DNA of 42,893 nucleotides from Nitrosomonas sp. (GTDB lineage Bacteria; Pseudomonadota; Gammaproteobacteria; Burkholderiales; Nitrosomonadaceae): NCBI GenBank assembly GCA_021774155.1, contig JAJFJH010000179.1, positions 1 to 42,893 of the forward strand, read 5' to 3'. Shown piece by piece: positions 29,312 to 38,755 of this stretch (position 1 is its first letter; each line of letters starts with the position of its first letter). The notes under the pieces were generated by a model. It saw only the letters and a program-made list of their open reading frames with translations, ran no database searches and was not told where the DNA came from. The position numbers and the translations under genes were made by a program.

Positions 29312-31387
29312 CTACGGGCTTGACTGCAACAAATTGGTGGGCCGACCAGAAGGCTTTGATGCCGGGGTAGGTATGTTGGTGGCCCCATGTTTTTCTTTAA
29401 GCTGGTTGTTGAACTTTACAGTATCTGAAGTTTCTCCATAACAACTTGCAACAGACATAATGTCACCATCTTTTATCTTCTGGTACTTACTCAAGAATGA
29501 CTCATCAATTTTACGCAATTCCACAGAGATATCGGATTTACGGTAACGTGTCAGATGGCGCGGGCCACCATTGTATGCGCCGTATGATGCACGGACAAGA
29601 TTATCACCGCCACTACTCTTGCCAAGTTCCTTTTTTATCGCATGATCTTTGAAATAATGCAGCAGAATTTCACTGCCCGCAGTCGCATTATAAGCAATAT
29701 CCTTTTCCAGTTGCTTGGCGTCATAAAACCCACGCCAGACTTTCCGGTTAACCTGCATGATCCCGACACCCCCTGAAGCAGACATGATCGTTTTAATACC
29801 ATTACCTGTTTTAATAAACTGACGCCAGCAACTCTCCTGCCAAGCAGTCGCCAGCAACATATCGTGAAAAAGTTTTTGATAAGAAGGCTTCAGTTTTCTT
29901 GATTTTTGTGTATCAACCGCTGTTTGAATCAATAACTGATGAGCCAGTGGGAGATATTCATTGATATCGTTGCGTGAAGGTGCCCAGTTATTCAACTTGC
30001 GACGTAATGCGGCATTATTGGTTGACGCATGTGCCGATTTTATGAACCAAGACACCTTAGTCGGAGACACAACATTTCCAGATTGTTGTGAAAGAGACGC
30101 GCCTAGCAACTTACGTAACAAGGGGTCGATATCTTGGTTATATTCCAGGGAATCATATTTATCCTCAGGCGCAAGCATTCGCGCCATACGGCGCAGGCCA
30201 TCCAGTGAAATTTCCAGGCCAACACCAGAACTCAGATTATCCAGGACTTTTAGAATATCGCCTGCAACTATAAATGTAAGATAATGTAGCGGCAGGTCAC
30301 CTTCAAGTTCATGAGACACCATACGTAACACGGGTACAAGGCGTTCCCAAACGCTGATAACCAAGGCCTTCACCGGATCGGAAGCATGATCGACAGTGCC
30401 TGATAATAATGTCAATATATCGTAGCGCGTTTCAATCAACAAATCCAATAGCGTTTCTCTAACCGCAGTGGATTTACTATGAGCAGTAATCTGTTTTATC
30501 GTGTAGGTAAGAAAAGCATCCCACTGTTGCGAGGCTTGCTCCCAACGATCCAATTCCAATTGTGTCAGAGGTGGCTCAAAGCGTTCCACATGGGGAATAT
30601 CGTCTACTGTAAATCCCAGCACCACATCTAGATAAACCTGCTCTGCTGCAATCGTTCTGAATGACAGTGAGTCCAGTATTTTTTGTAGCGCTTCCGTATT
30701 TTCTGTGGGCAGAATCTCCGGCAGAAATTGTTTAATATCAGCAATCATAGGTTCTAAGTCAATACGCATGGCTGAAAGCTGAGGATTAACAAACTGATTG
30801 AGTAATTCAAGGGCGCGGCCCTGAGCCAATGGGGTCGTGTCCAGGTTGTACACTTTCATATCAACGACATCAAATCGCAGAGCAAAACGATCTTCCTCAA
30901 TCAGTGGCTGGTGATAGGTTTCAACAATACCTGCCCGCTTGTAGACCGGAGTACACTTCGCACCCACTGGCAAACTGATGTTGATAAAAGTTTGATTGGT
31001 AATACGCAGTAAACCATTCATGCTATCTATGCGCGGATCTGACAATACAATCCTACTGCAGCCACTACCGTCGTTCCAAATTTCCTTACTCCGAACTGGG
31101 TCTGTATAAAGTTGTTTAATTAAGGCTTGTTGCAGATAGTGATAATCGATTTGCACAGGAATATTGACTTCTTTAGCTTCAGCAAATGGAACCGGCAGCA
31201 AGAAGAGAACAGCCAATAAATATCGTATTGACTGATATCGGCATATCACAAACAAATTTTTCAACCATGAATAAAACACTCTAATTAAGGTGTTTTTGAA
31301 CATGAAGTGTATATTTCTTTGCTTCCAGAGGGGGTGAAAACGCCATTCCATGAATACTTTCATCGAATTACCTGGAATCCACTTCAT
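29312..31387 (-). CDS. large secreted protein with C-terminal lytic transglycosylase (SLT) domain
   Basis: TAWQESCWRQF, GIMQVN, AYNGG motifs. True start is probably downstream of 31387, before the hydrophobic signal segment. Confidence 0.75.
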   Translation of the reverse strand: MKWIPGNSMKVFMEWRFHPLWKQRNIHFMFKNTLIRVFYSWLKNLFVICRYQSIRYLLAVLFLLPVPFAEAKEVNIPVQIDYHYLQQALIKQLYTDPVRSKEIWNDGSGCSRIVLSDPRIDSMNGLLRITNQTFINISLPVGAKCTPVYKRAGIVETYHQPLIEEDRFALRFDVVDMKVYNLDTTPLAQGRALELLNQFVNPQLSAMRIDLEPMIADIKQFLPEILPTENTEALQKILDSLSFRTIAAEQVYLDVVLGFTVDDIPHVERFEPPLTQLELDRWEQASQQWDAFLTYTIKQITAHSKSTAVRETLLDLLIETRYDILTLLSGTVDHASDPVKALVISVWERLVPVLRMVSHELEGDLPLHYLTFIVAGDILKVLDNLSSGVGLEISLDGLRRMARMLAPEDKYDSLEYNQDIDPLLRKLLGASLSQQSGNVVSPTKVSWFIKSAHASTNNAALRRKLNNWAPSRNDINEYLPLAHQLLIQTAVDTQKSRKLKPSYQKLFHDMLLATAWQESCWRQFIKTGNGIKTIMSASGGVGIMQVNRKVWRGFYDAKQLEKDIAYNATAGSEILLHYFKDHAIKKELGKSSGGDNLVRASYGAYNGGPRHLTRYRKSDISVELRKIDESFLSKYQKIKDGDIMSVASCYGETSDTVKFNNQLKEKHGATNIPTPASKPSGRPTNLLQSSP

Positions 31388-31418
31388 ACATTACAGTGAA
31401 ATTATGATTTGGCATTTA

Positions 31419-32375
31419 CTACGCAATACCAGCTCGAACAACGATGAATACTACGTAGCAAACGAGCAACCCACCTCCCTCCCATCGCGTTACACGTTTA
31501 CCTGTAGCAGCGCTGACAATGAGTAAGGCCGTTGCCGCGAGCATGACAAGCAAATCAGAGACTCTTAATTCTGACGGCACTTCAAATGGAGCGATAAGTG
31601 CGGTGACCCCCAAAACACCAAGAATATTGAACATATTGCTTCCTATGATGTTACCAAGCGCCACGTCGGATCTGCCGCGAAGTGAGGCAACACCAGTGAT
31701 GACGAGCTCGGGCAATGACGTGCCAATCGCGACGACGGTGAGGCCAATAAAGGTCTTTGAAACACCCCATATCAGCGCAAGCTTGGTTGCTCCGGAAACG
31801 AACAACCAGGCACCCCCAATAACAGCAGCCAATCCACCGATTACCAGGATTATTGCCATCAACCAAGTCTCCGGTTTAGACTCGACGACTTGCGCTTCAC
31901 CCGTGAGCACCTTATCTGCAGGGCTATTTTTTTGTTCCGCCAAGTAGACTTTCACGAGGTACGTTGAAAGTCCGATCAATAGAATCAAGCCATGGATACG
32001 CCCAAGGTCTCCAAAGAAGATGAACACGGCGCCGATGACTGTAGCAACAGCCAGGGCGGTGGCGTCACGAAAAAAAGCCTCCGGCCGGGAGTGCACAGGT
32101 TTGATGAGTGCGGCCACCGCCAAGATTAGGAGGACATTCGCTATGTTGCTCCCTACGATATTACCGACCGCTAGGCCGGGAGTGCCGGCTAATGCAGCGG
32201 TTACACTCGTCATAAGTTCCGGTAACGACGTACCAAACCCGACGAGAGTTAAGCCGATCATCAGCTGCGAGACATTGAGCCGCATGGCTACCGCGACGCT
32301 GCCACGCACGAACCCTTCACCACCGAGCCAGAGCAGAAGAAGGCCGCTGAGTAGGCTTATCCAAATTATGAGCAT
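31419..32375 (-). CDS. calcium/sodium antiporter (CaCA, YrbG-like)
   Basis: Two alpha repeats GTSLPEL, with GNIVGSN and GNIIGSN. Confidence 0.93.
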   Translation of the reverse strand: MLIIWISLLSGLLLLWLGGEGFVRGSVAVAMRLNVSQLMIGLTLVGFGTSLPELMTSVTAALAGTPGLAVGNIVGSNIANVLLILAVAALIKPVHSRPEAFFRDATALAVATVIGAVFIFFGDLGRIHGLILLIGLSTYLVKVYLAEQKNSPADKVLTGEAQVVESKPETWLMAIILVIGGLAAVIGGAWLFVSGATKLALIWGVSKTFIGLTVVAIGTSLPELVITGVASLRGRSDVALGNIIGSNMFNILGVLGVTALIAPFEVPSELRVSDLLVMLAATALLIVSAATGKRVTRWEGGGLLVCYVVFIVVRAGIA

Positions 32376-32383
32376 TCCAGTAT

Positions 32384-33004
32384 TTACCTTATTTCATTCT
32401 GGCGGATAGAAAATTGTTCCATGGCGCTGGCAATTCGATGGCTGAGAACTGCCAATGCACGACTTTGGGCGGCGACGAATGATTCATAATCCAACCGTTG
32501 CACCGGTTCACGAATGACGGTATTTTGCATCATGCTAGCTTCTTTGTGCCGCCGATCGACGACCACCCAATCCACATCTAGAACCACTTCTTTTCCGATT
32601 TCGCCTTCAAATGCTTTAACATTGAGAGTCAGATGATAATCAATGGGAAAGGCTTTCGCCTGCCGTGGATAAAAAATTCGGTCGGTACCCAACAATATCG
32701 ACAAGTTTTCTCCAAGTACTTGCGAAAAATTGCTGGATAAGGAGCCACCCCACCGGTGAAATTCAGACATTTTGAGCGTATTAGGACTTGGCCGGGTCAC
32801 AATTTGAGGGCGGTCCAAAAAATCGGGAAACTTGATCGGCGCAATTGCAATGCTGAGTGGGCGGGTTTCGGTTAAGATTTCCAGTCGTTTAACCTGACCC
32901 GACATTGGACTCAAGGTATAAAATTTCGGGGACGGTGTCCCTGCGCAACCGCCGACCAGGACTAAAATACCCACACCAAGACACCTTAGCGTTAATTTCT
33001 TCAA
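32384..33004 (-). CDS. pqiC: PqiC family lipoprotein
   Basis: Lipobox VGGC, FYTL, LDRPQIV, HRWG; follows pqiB. Confidence 0.88.
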   Translation of the reverse strand: MKKLTLRCLGVGILVLVGGCAGTPSPKFYTLSPMSGQVKRLEILTETRPLSIAIAPIKFPDFLDRPQIVTRPSPNTLKMSEFHRWGGSLSSNFSQVLGENLSILLGTDRIFYPRQAKAFPIDYHLTLNVKAFEGEIGKEVVLDVDWVVVDRRHKEASMMQNTVIREPVQRLDYESFVAAQSRALAVLSHRIASAMEQFSIRQNEIR

Positions 33005-34632
33005 TTATTCTCCTTACCATAAATTAAAGCATCGGGATTTTGTTCCAGATAATCTGCCAGTAATCGGATTGATCGGAGCGCCTTGGATAACTCATCCATC
33101 ACGCGACCTAGATCCTGCTTAACGGGTGATTCGTCTTCAAGCACATTTTCGACCGTAGCCAGCGTTTTTTCTGTTTGTTCCAAAGTTGCGATTACCGCAG
33201 GCGTTACCGTCACATTTAAGTTTTTTGTCAGCAGCTCCGTCTGCTTCATAATCTCTGTCATTGAATCAATGACTTGATAAAGTTGTTTACTCATTTTTTC
33301 TAGCGGCAATTTTTCCAATCTTTTAACGATACTGAAAATTGTATTGGATATTTTCTCTAACGGTGTTGGAATGGTTGGAAAGACCGGTGGATTGGTTTCC
33401 CAGTCAATATCCGTCGGCGATGCGTCCTGATAAAAATCCATATCTACAAGCAATTGTCCTGTAAGGTAATTTCCGGTCTCGAGTTGAGCGCGAAGACCCT
33501 GCCGCACGAGCTCATCAAGCAATTCTCCGTGGTGATTACGAATGAAAGTGCTTGTATCGGGAACCCCGTTTACAGTAATGCGATCCATTTGCATTTCGAT
33601 GGTTACCGGAATTTTGATATTCTTTGTATCCGGATTGTATTCCATCTTGATCCCAGTCACCTGTCCCAGCTTAATTCCCTTAAGCTCAACGGGCGCTCCT
33701 ATACTAAGACCGCGGACAGATCCGGTGAAATATAATAGATAGCTAGCCGACTGGAGATGCGAGCCCTCCGCGATTGCGTCATAATTTTCATACAGAATAA
33801 ATTCCTGCCACTCGTCGATGGCCGGTGCTTGCATCGAACCGCTGGGATTCTCAAACGCGATTCCACCGACTATCATGGTTACGAAAGATTCGGTGTACAT
33901 CTTGATGCCATTAGCATCCAGGGTAAAATCGAGTCCACTAGCATTCCAAAATCGGGTGTCCTGATTGACGAATTTATCGTAAGGTGCATTAATGAATACG
34001 CCTAGCATCACCGATTGACCGTCGTCAGCCAGTTTTTGACTGATAACACTTCCGGCCTTTATTTTTTGGTAATAAACGGGCGATCCCAGATCCAACGAGC
34101 CGAGATCGTCGGAACGCAAATAAAAATGCTTGCCGGATAAATTTTTCGTAACCACAGGTGGGGTTTCCAGTCCGGTAAAATGCTTTGCCGTGGCACCACC
34201 TGCGCTCGGATCAATACCAATATACGCACCCGACAATACCGTTTCCAGCCCGGACACCTCACCAGCGGCAACGCGAGCTCGGACAATCCAAAACCGAGTC
34301 GTTTCCGTCAGATAAGCGTCAGCGCTTTTGACCATACTGGCTGTCAGAATAACGTGTGACATATCGGCACTCAACTCGATTTCATGCACGGTTCCAATTT
34401 CGACATTTTTATATTTGATCTTGGTTTTACCGGCTACGAGGCCTTCCGCCGATTTGAACGTAATTTTGATTGTCGACCCCATCTCAGACCATGCTTTATA
34501 GCCCAACCAGGCCCCAATTAATAAAGCAATCAGAGGGATTAACCAGACGATCGAAATCCGTCCTGGTTTTTCTTCGGGCGTCGCCTCCGGCAAATTATCC
34601 AGTTCAATGCCCTCTAAACGCTTCTCACTCAT
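33001..34632 (-). CDS. pqiB: PqiB MCE/MlaD-domain intermembrane transport protein
   Basis: IVWLIPL, three MCE domains, RFWNASG, GLRAQL, YLEQNPDALIYGK. Confidence 0.93.
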   Translation of the reverse strand: MSEKRLEGIELDNLPEATPEEKPGRISIVWLIPLIALLIGAWLGYKAWSEMGSTIKITFKSAEGLVAGKTKIKYKNVEIGTVHEIELSADMSHVILTASMVKSADAYLTETTRFWIVRARVAAGEVSGLETVLSGAYIGIDPSAGGATAKHFTGLETPPVVTKNLSGKHFYLRSDDLGSLDLGSPVYYQKIKAGSVISQKLADDGQSVMLGVFINAPYDKFVNQDTRFWNASGLDFTLDANGIKMYTESFVTMIVGGIAFENPSGSMQAPAIDEWQEFILYENYDAIAEGSHLQSASYLLYFTGSVRGLSIGAPVELKGIKLGQVTGIKMEYNPDTKNIKIPVTIEMQMDRITVNGVPDTSTFIRNHHGELLDELVRQGLRAQLETGNYLTGQLLVDMDFYQDASPTDIDWETNPPVFPTIPTPLEKISNTIFSIVKRLEKLPLEKMSKQLYQVIDSMTEIMKQTELLTKNLNVTVTPAVIATLEQTEKTLATVENVLEDESPVKQDLGRVMDELSKALRSIRLLADYLEQNPDALIYGKENN

Positions 34633-35260
34633 AAGTTCGCCCTATGTTGTCCCATATTAACCGTGGATCGAACACCTTCGCGGCAATCATTGTCAATACC
34701 ACCACAGCACCAAAAGCAATTGCCCCTGGCCCGGCATCGACATCTGCTAATCCCTGAATATTCACAAGCGCCACCATCAACGTCACCACATAAATATCAA
34801 CCATCGACCATCGTCCTACCGTTTCGGTGATGCGGTAGAGCTGCGTTCGGTCGCCAGGACGCCATTGTGATTTAAACTGCACCGATAGAACCAAATACGT
34901 CAGGATAATGAGTTTTAACACCGGCACGAAAACGCTGGCAATGAAAATTATTAGCGCCAGTGGCCATGAGCCTGACACCAGAAGATAAGTGACCCCACTT
35001 ATGATCGTATCCGACTGGACATGTCCTAAACTGGTGGTTGTCATGATTGGCAGAAGATTTGCGGGAATATACATAATGTAGGCAGCAATCAATAACGCCC
35101 AGGTGTAAGAAATGCTTCGCGGCTTGCGCTGATGAAGTGTCGTATCGCAACGTGGACACCTCAAAGGGATATGAACCCGTTCTATTGTTCTCGAAAGCAG
35201 CCCGCAACTATGACAATTCAGCAAACCCAGTTGAGTTGCGGTAACGGTAATTTCGTTCAT
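34625..35260 (-). CDS. pqiA: paraquat-inducible protein A (second half-type)
   Basis: CHSC...CPRC, YIPANLLPIM, GRWSMVD, FDPRLIWD. Start ATG 35260 overlaps the upstream stop (ATGA). Confidence 0.92.
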   Translation of the reverse strand: MNEITVTATQLGLLNCHSCGLLSRTIERVHIPLRCPRCDTTLHQRKPRSISYTWALLIAAYIMYIPANLLPIMTTTSLGHVQSDTIISGVTYLLVSGSWPLALIIFIASVFVPVLKLIILTYLVLSVQFKSQWRPGDRTQLYRITETVGRWSMVDIYVVTLMVALVNIQGLADVDAGPGAIAFGAVVVLTMIAAKVFDPRLIWDNIGRTYE

Positions 35261-35868
35261 CTTTCGGTATCCAGTCGTTCCCAAACCAGATCGGGATCCA
35301 AGTTAGTAGCTGTAGCGGCAAGAACAAAGATTAACGCCGCTAAAGACCATAAGGCGACCCCAGGTATGATGGTGGCCAATGCGGTCAATTTTACCACTGA
35401 CACCAGAATGCCCAACATAAAAACCTCCATCATACTCCAAGGACGGAGCGAATTAATAAGTCTAAAAACTGCCGCCATCTTCAACGGGGTCCGATTAAAC
35501 TTAATCGGCAAAAACACATACAAAATGGCCACTAACCGAGAAAATGGTAACGCAATGCTAGTCAGAAATACCAATATTGCCAGAGACCACATTCCTTGAT
35601 CATACAAACTCTTGACGCTGGTAAAGAGTATCGCTTCAGTGATCTGTCCCTCAAATCTCAAACTTAGTATCGGAAAGGCATTAGCGACGACAAAAAGCAC
35701 CAATCCGGTGGTGGTCAGCGCAATGGTATGCTCTAATTTATGTCGTTCGTGTTTCACCAAGACCGCGCCGCATCTTCGGCATTTGGCGACACCCTGTCTT
35801 GGACTGCGATCGATTTTATAAAGCAAATCACACTCATGACAGGCAATTAAAGAAAAGTAATTACTCAT
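35257..35868 (-). CDS. pqiA: paraquat-inducible protein A (first half-type)
   Basis: ACHECDLL, CRRCGA, PWSMMEVFMLG. Confidence 0.92.
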   Translation of the reverse strand: MSNYFSLIACHECDLLYKIDRSPRQGVAKCRRCGAVLVKHERHKLEHTIALTTTGLVLFVVANAFPILSLRFEGQITEAILFTSVKSLYDQGMWSLAILVFLTSIALPFSRLVAILYVFLPIKFNRTPLKMAAVFRLINSLRPWSMMEVFMLGILVSVVKLTALATIIPGVALWSLAALIFVLAATATNLDPDLVWERLDTER

Positions 35869-35919
35869 TATCAGTGAATACCAGAGTTTAGAGTTTCAGG
35901 GTTCCATAAAGAAGGAAAC

Positions 35920-35952
35920 TAACACAAAAAAGAATCAAATTAACACAAAAAA
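35920..35952. promoter_or_regulatory. 12-bp direct repeat with 21-bp period, candidate regulator site
   Basis: TAACACAAAAAA at 35920 and 35941, upstream of pqiA. Confidence 0.35.
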
Positions 35953-36176
35953 TGTTTGATATTACAGTTTAAAAATCGCTACCGCGATGAATGCAAGCGG
36001 ATATAGCAGTATCCCCAAAAAACTGCGTATGGAATTCCGGAAGTACACCTCTTAACTACTAATACAGAATTCCCCTGATCCTCTCACAGCAAGATTTATT
36101 GCGCAAATTCGTTTATTCTGTCAGCTTTATTTCCGCAACGTAAAGAAGAGAACATTTTGTTCCTTATATCCAACTC

Positions 36177-37409
36177 ATGACATCGCAGCTCAATTCTAAA
36201 AAGCTTAGTCCAGCGCGTTTTCGTTATGCCTGCGCCATGTTCTGTCTAGTCGGGTTACTAACGCTTAACGGGTGTTTGTCGCCCATGGCACTTGACAAAG
36301 CGGTTTTTTCCTATAATCAGTCAATAAATAAAATCAGGGCAAACGAATTACTGTTGAATATCGCGCGAGTGCGGCATCATCACCCTATACAGTTCACTGC
36401 TATATCGAGCGTAGCCGCAACGTTCAATTTTCAAATGAACGTTGGAGCCGTGCCGCCATTAGGTGCAATGACGGGTGGACACTTGCTTTCGCCAATCATT
36501 GGGACCGGTATATCCGAGAACCCGACCATCACCATCATTCCGGTTGGTGGAGAAGAATTTAATCAGCGAGTACTTAATCCGTTCTCAGAAAGCAAATTTT
36601 TCAGATTGTATCAACAGGGTACGGATATTGGACTCCTTATCAGAATGATGGCCAGCGAATTACGCGCCGATCAAAAAGGAAGTGATCGGATTTTACGCAA
36701 CCTTCCTGGACGTGGCAAAGGCTATGAAGAATTCCGTCGACGGGTATTACATCTATCCGCTTTGAGTCAAGCTAACCACCTATTTGTAGCACCAATCGTG
36801 GTGCAACAAAGCATCACATTACCTACTAAGAACAAAGAGCATTCGGAAACCGTGGTGAATGCTTTGGAAATAGGCTATCGCTGGATGGAAGATGGTGACA
36901 TGGGCACTTTGAGTCGAAATATCGCCGGGCGAGTTATAGTCAGCAACTATGATATTTTGGATCTCTCTATTGAAGAAAGAAATAAACTTTTTTTGTATAC
37001 CAATACACTACCAGACAACGAAATTTTCGTTGACATTCGACTCGGATCGCCTGGGGGAGACTACCCGTTCCGAGGCGTCATCAGATTGCGTGCATTCATG
37101 GCTATTTTAGAATTCTTAGGGCGAGGGATATCAGAGGAAGTAGAGTTTCCAGTTGAAAGGGACTTTCGAACTGGTAAAACCCGGCTCAATCCAGTTAAGA
37201 CCATGGAGGTGAATGATGGATCGAGTGATTTGAGCAAAGGCACTTTTTCAATATCCTATGAAGACCGGGTCTATTCCATTCTAGATGGCGACAGCCCTGA
37301 AGCCATTTGGAATCTCGAAGCATTTCGTCTACTCGGCCAACTATACGAGTTGTCCGTGCACCCGTCGAAATTCGCCACACCACCTCCGGCTATCACCATC
37401 GCAAAATAA
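36177..37409 (+). CDS. hypothetical lipoprotein
   Basis: 410-aa ORF, lipobox LNGC, ELLLNIARVR, ENPTITIIP; no function recognised. Confidence 0.7.
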   Translation: MTSQLNSKKLSPARFRYACAMFCLVGLLTLNGCLSPMALDKAVFSYNQSINKIRANELLLNIARVRHHHPIQFTAISSVAATFNFQMNVGAVPPLGAMTGGHLLSPIIGTGISENPTITIIPVGGEEFNQRVLNPFSESKFFRLYQQGTDIGLLIRMMASELRADQKGSDRILRNLPGRGKGYEEFRRRVLHLSALSQANHLFVAPIVVQQSITLPTKNKEHSETVVNALEIGYRWMEDGDMGTLSRNIAGRVIVSNYDILDLSIEERNKLFLYTNTLPDNEIFVDIRLGSPGGDYPFRGVIRLRAFMAILEFLGRGISEEVEFPVERDFRTGKTRLNPVKTMEVNDGSSDLSKGTFSISYEDRVYSILDGDSPEAIWNLEAFRLLGQLYELSVHPSKFATPPPAITIAK

Positions 37410-37595
37410 TTAACGCCGGGTAAGCAGTACTTAAGGTATTGCCAAGCTAACTCATATGGGACGGCCAAGATTAAAAGAGTCCAATGGTAGACTTCACGTT
37501 CCAATTTTCCGCCATCTAATCTAAGTGTTTTTAAAAGATGTCAATAACCGCGGCCCAATTGAATTTCGCCAATCGACGTGCTCGCCATCACAATG

Positions 37596-38642
37596 TTAAC
37601 GCCTTTGCGAATGTTTGATATCGCGCACTGCAATACCTCGCAATAATCTGCCAAGAATATCGGCACCCGTAATTATCCTTTTTTCATTAGACCAAATGAG
37701 AATAAGATCATCATCGACGACATCGTCCACTTCGGATTCCGGGATCACCTGCAAACGAGGCAGCACCTTTCCGAGCAAAGTGCTTGAATCCTTAATGATA
37801 ATGGGGCGATGACAATAAATGTAAGGGTTGATTGGTCCTGAACCAAATAGAGATTCACGCAGAAAAGCATTGGCGTTTAATGCCATGCAGGGTTGATCGA
37901 ATTCATCAACAATGATTATCCATTTTTTTCCAGAACTATTAACTTCGAGTAAGAACGGATCTAAATTGTGACGTTCAAATTCTGGAAATATTGGCATACC
38001 ATCCTTCAAAGGCAAGCAGATTATGCTATTAGGATCTATATACTCGCCTTTCTGGGTGACGGGAATGTCATCCAGTGCCAGAAAATTCATGGCACCGATA
38101 CCCTCCAGACGATCTACATCCGATTCTTCTGCTTCAATATGTTTGCGAATTAATGATCGCAAATCACGTTCCCTAAAATAGGGAATACTCTCATTGCCTA
38201 GCCACCAATCCAGCATCATCGCCGAAGGTTTAGCTACCGGAAAAAGAATGATCTGATAAAAACGTATTAGAGGCGCCAACAGTGCCCCCATGCGCATAGC
38301 ATGACGGGAGAAGTAAGCCTGCGGAATTAATTCGCCAGCGAATGTGATGAGAATTGTTGAAAAGAAAAAAGCAGCTACCCCAGCCATTACAGAATTTGAT
38401 AACAGGGTCAAAAGAACATTAATGCCAACGTTACCCCATAAAATGGTAGCAAGCAGGAAATTGAAGTCCTTACGTAACGCTAATATCTTTACTGCATCAG
38501 TATTTCCGGCTGAAACATCTACTTCCAGGTGCAAACGACTAATACCCAACAAAGCCAAGTTTAGGCCTGAAAACATAGCGGATTGACTGATACAAAATAC
38601 GATGCCAGCCCAGATCAGAGTGTCAACTGTTAAAAAGTTCAT
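37596..38642 (-). CDS. CNNM/DUF21 transmembrane domain protein
   Basis: SAMFSGLNLALL, LLATILWGNVGIN, GELIPQA; divergent CBS-like C-terminal half. Confidence 0.85.
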   Translation of the reverse strand: MNFLTVDTLIWAGIVFCISQSAMFSGLNLALLGISRLHLEVDVSAGNTDAVKILALRKDFNFLLATILWGNVGINVLLTLLSNSVMAGVAAFFFSTILITFAGELIPQAYFSRHAMRMGALLAPLIRFYQIILFPVAKPSAMMLDWWLGNESIPYFRERDLRSLIRKHIEAEESDVDRLEGIGAMNFLALDDIPVTQKGEYIDPNSIICLPLKDGMPIFPEFERHNLDPFLLEVNSSGKKWIIIVDEFDQPCMALNANAFLRESLFGSGPINPYIYCHRPIIIKDSSTLLGKVLPRLQVIPESEVDDVVDDDLILIWSNEKRIITGADILGRLLRGIAVRDIKHSQRR

Positions 38643-38755
38643 ATAGTTAATAAGAATGAAAAAGTAATGTTGTAATTATGCTTGCATCCAAGCAAGTTCC
38701 CGAATACTAGGACATGTTTCTAAATATCCAGAAACCAGGTTTTGCAAAAATCTCA

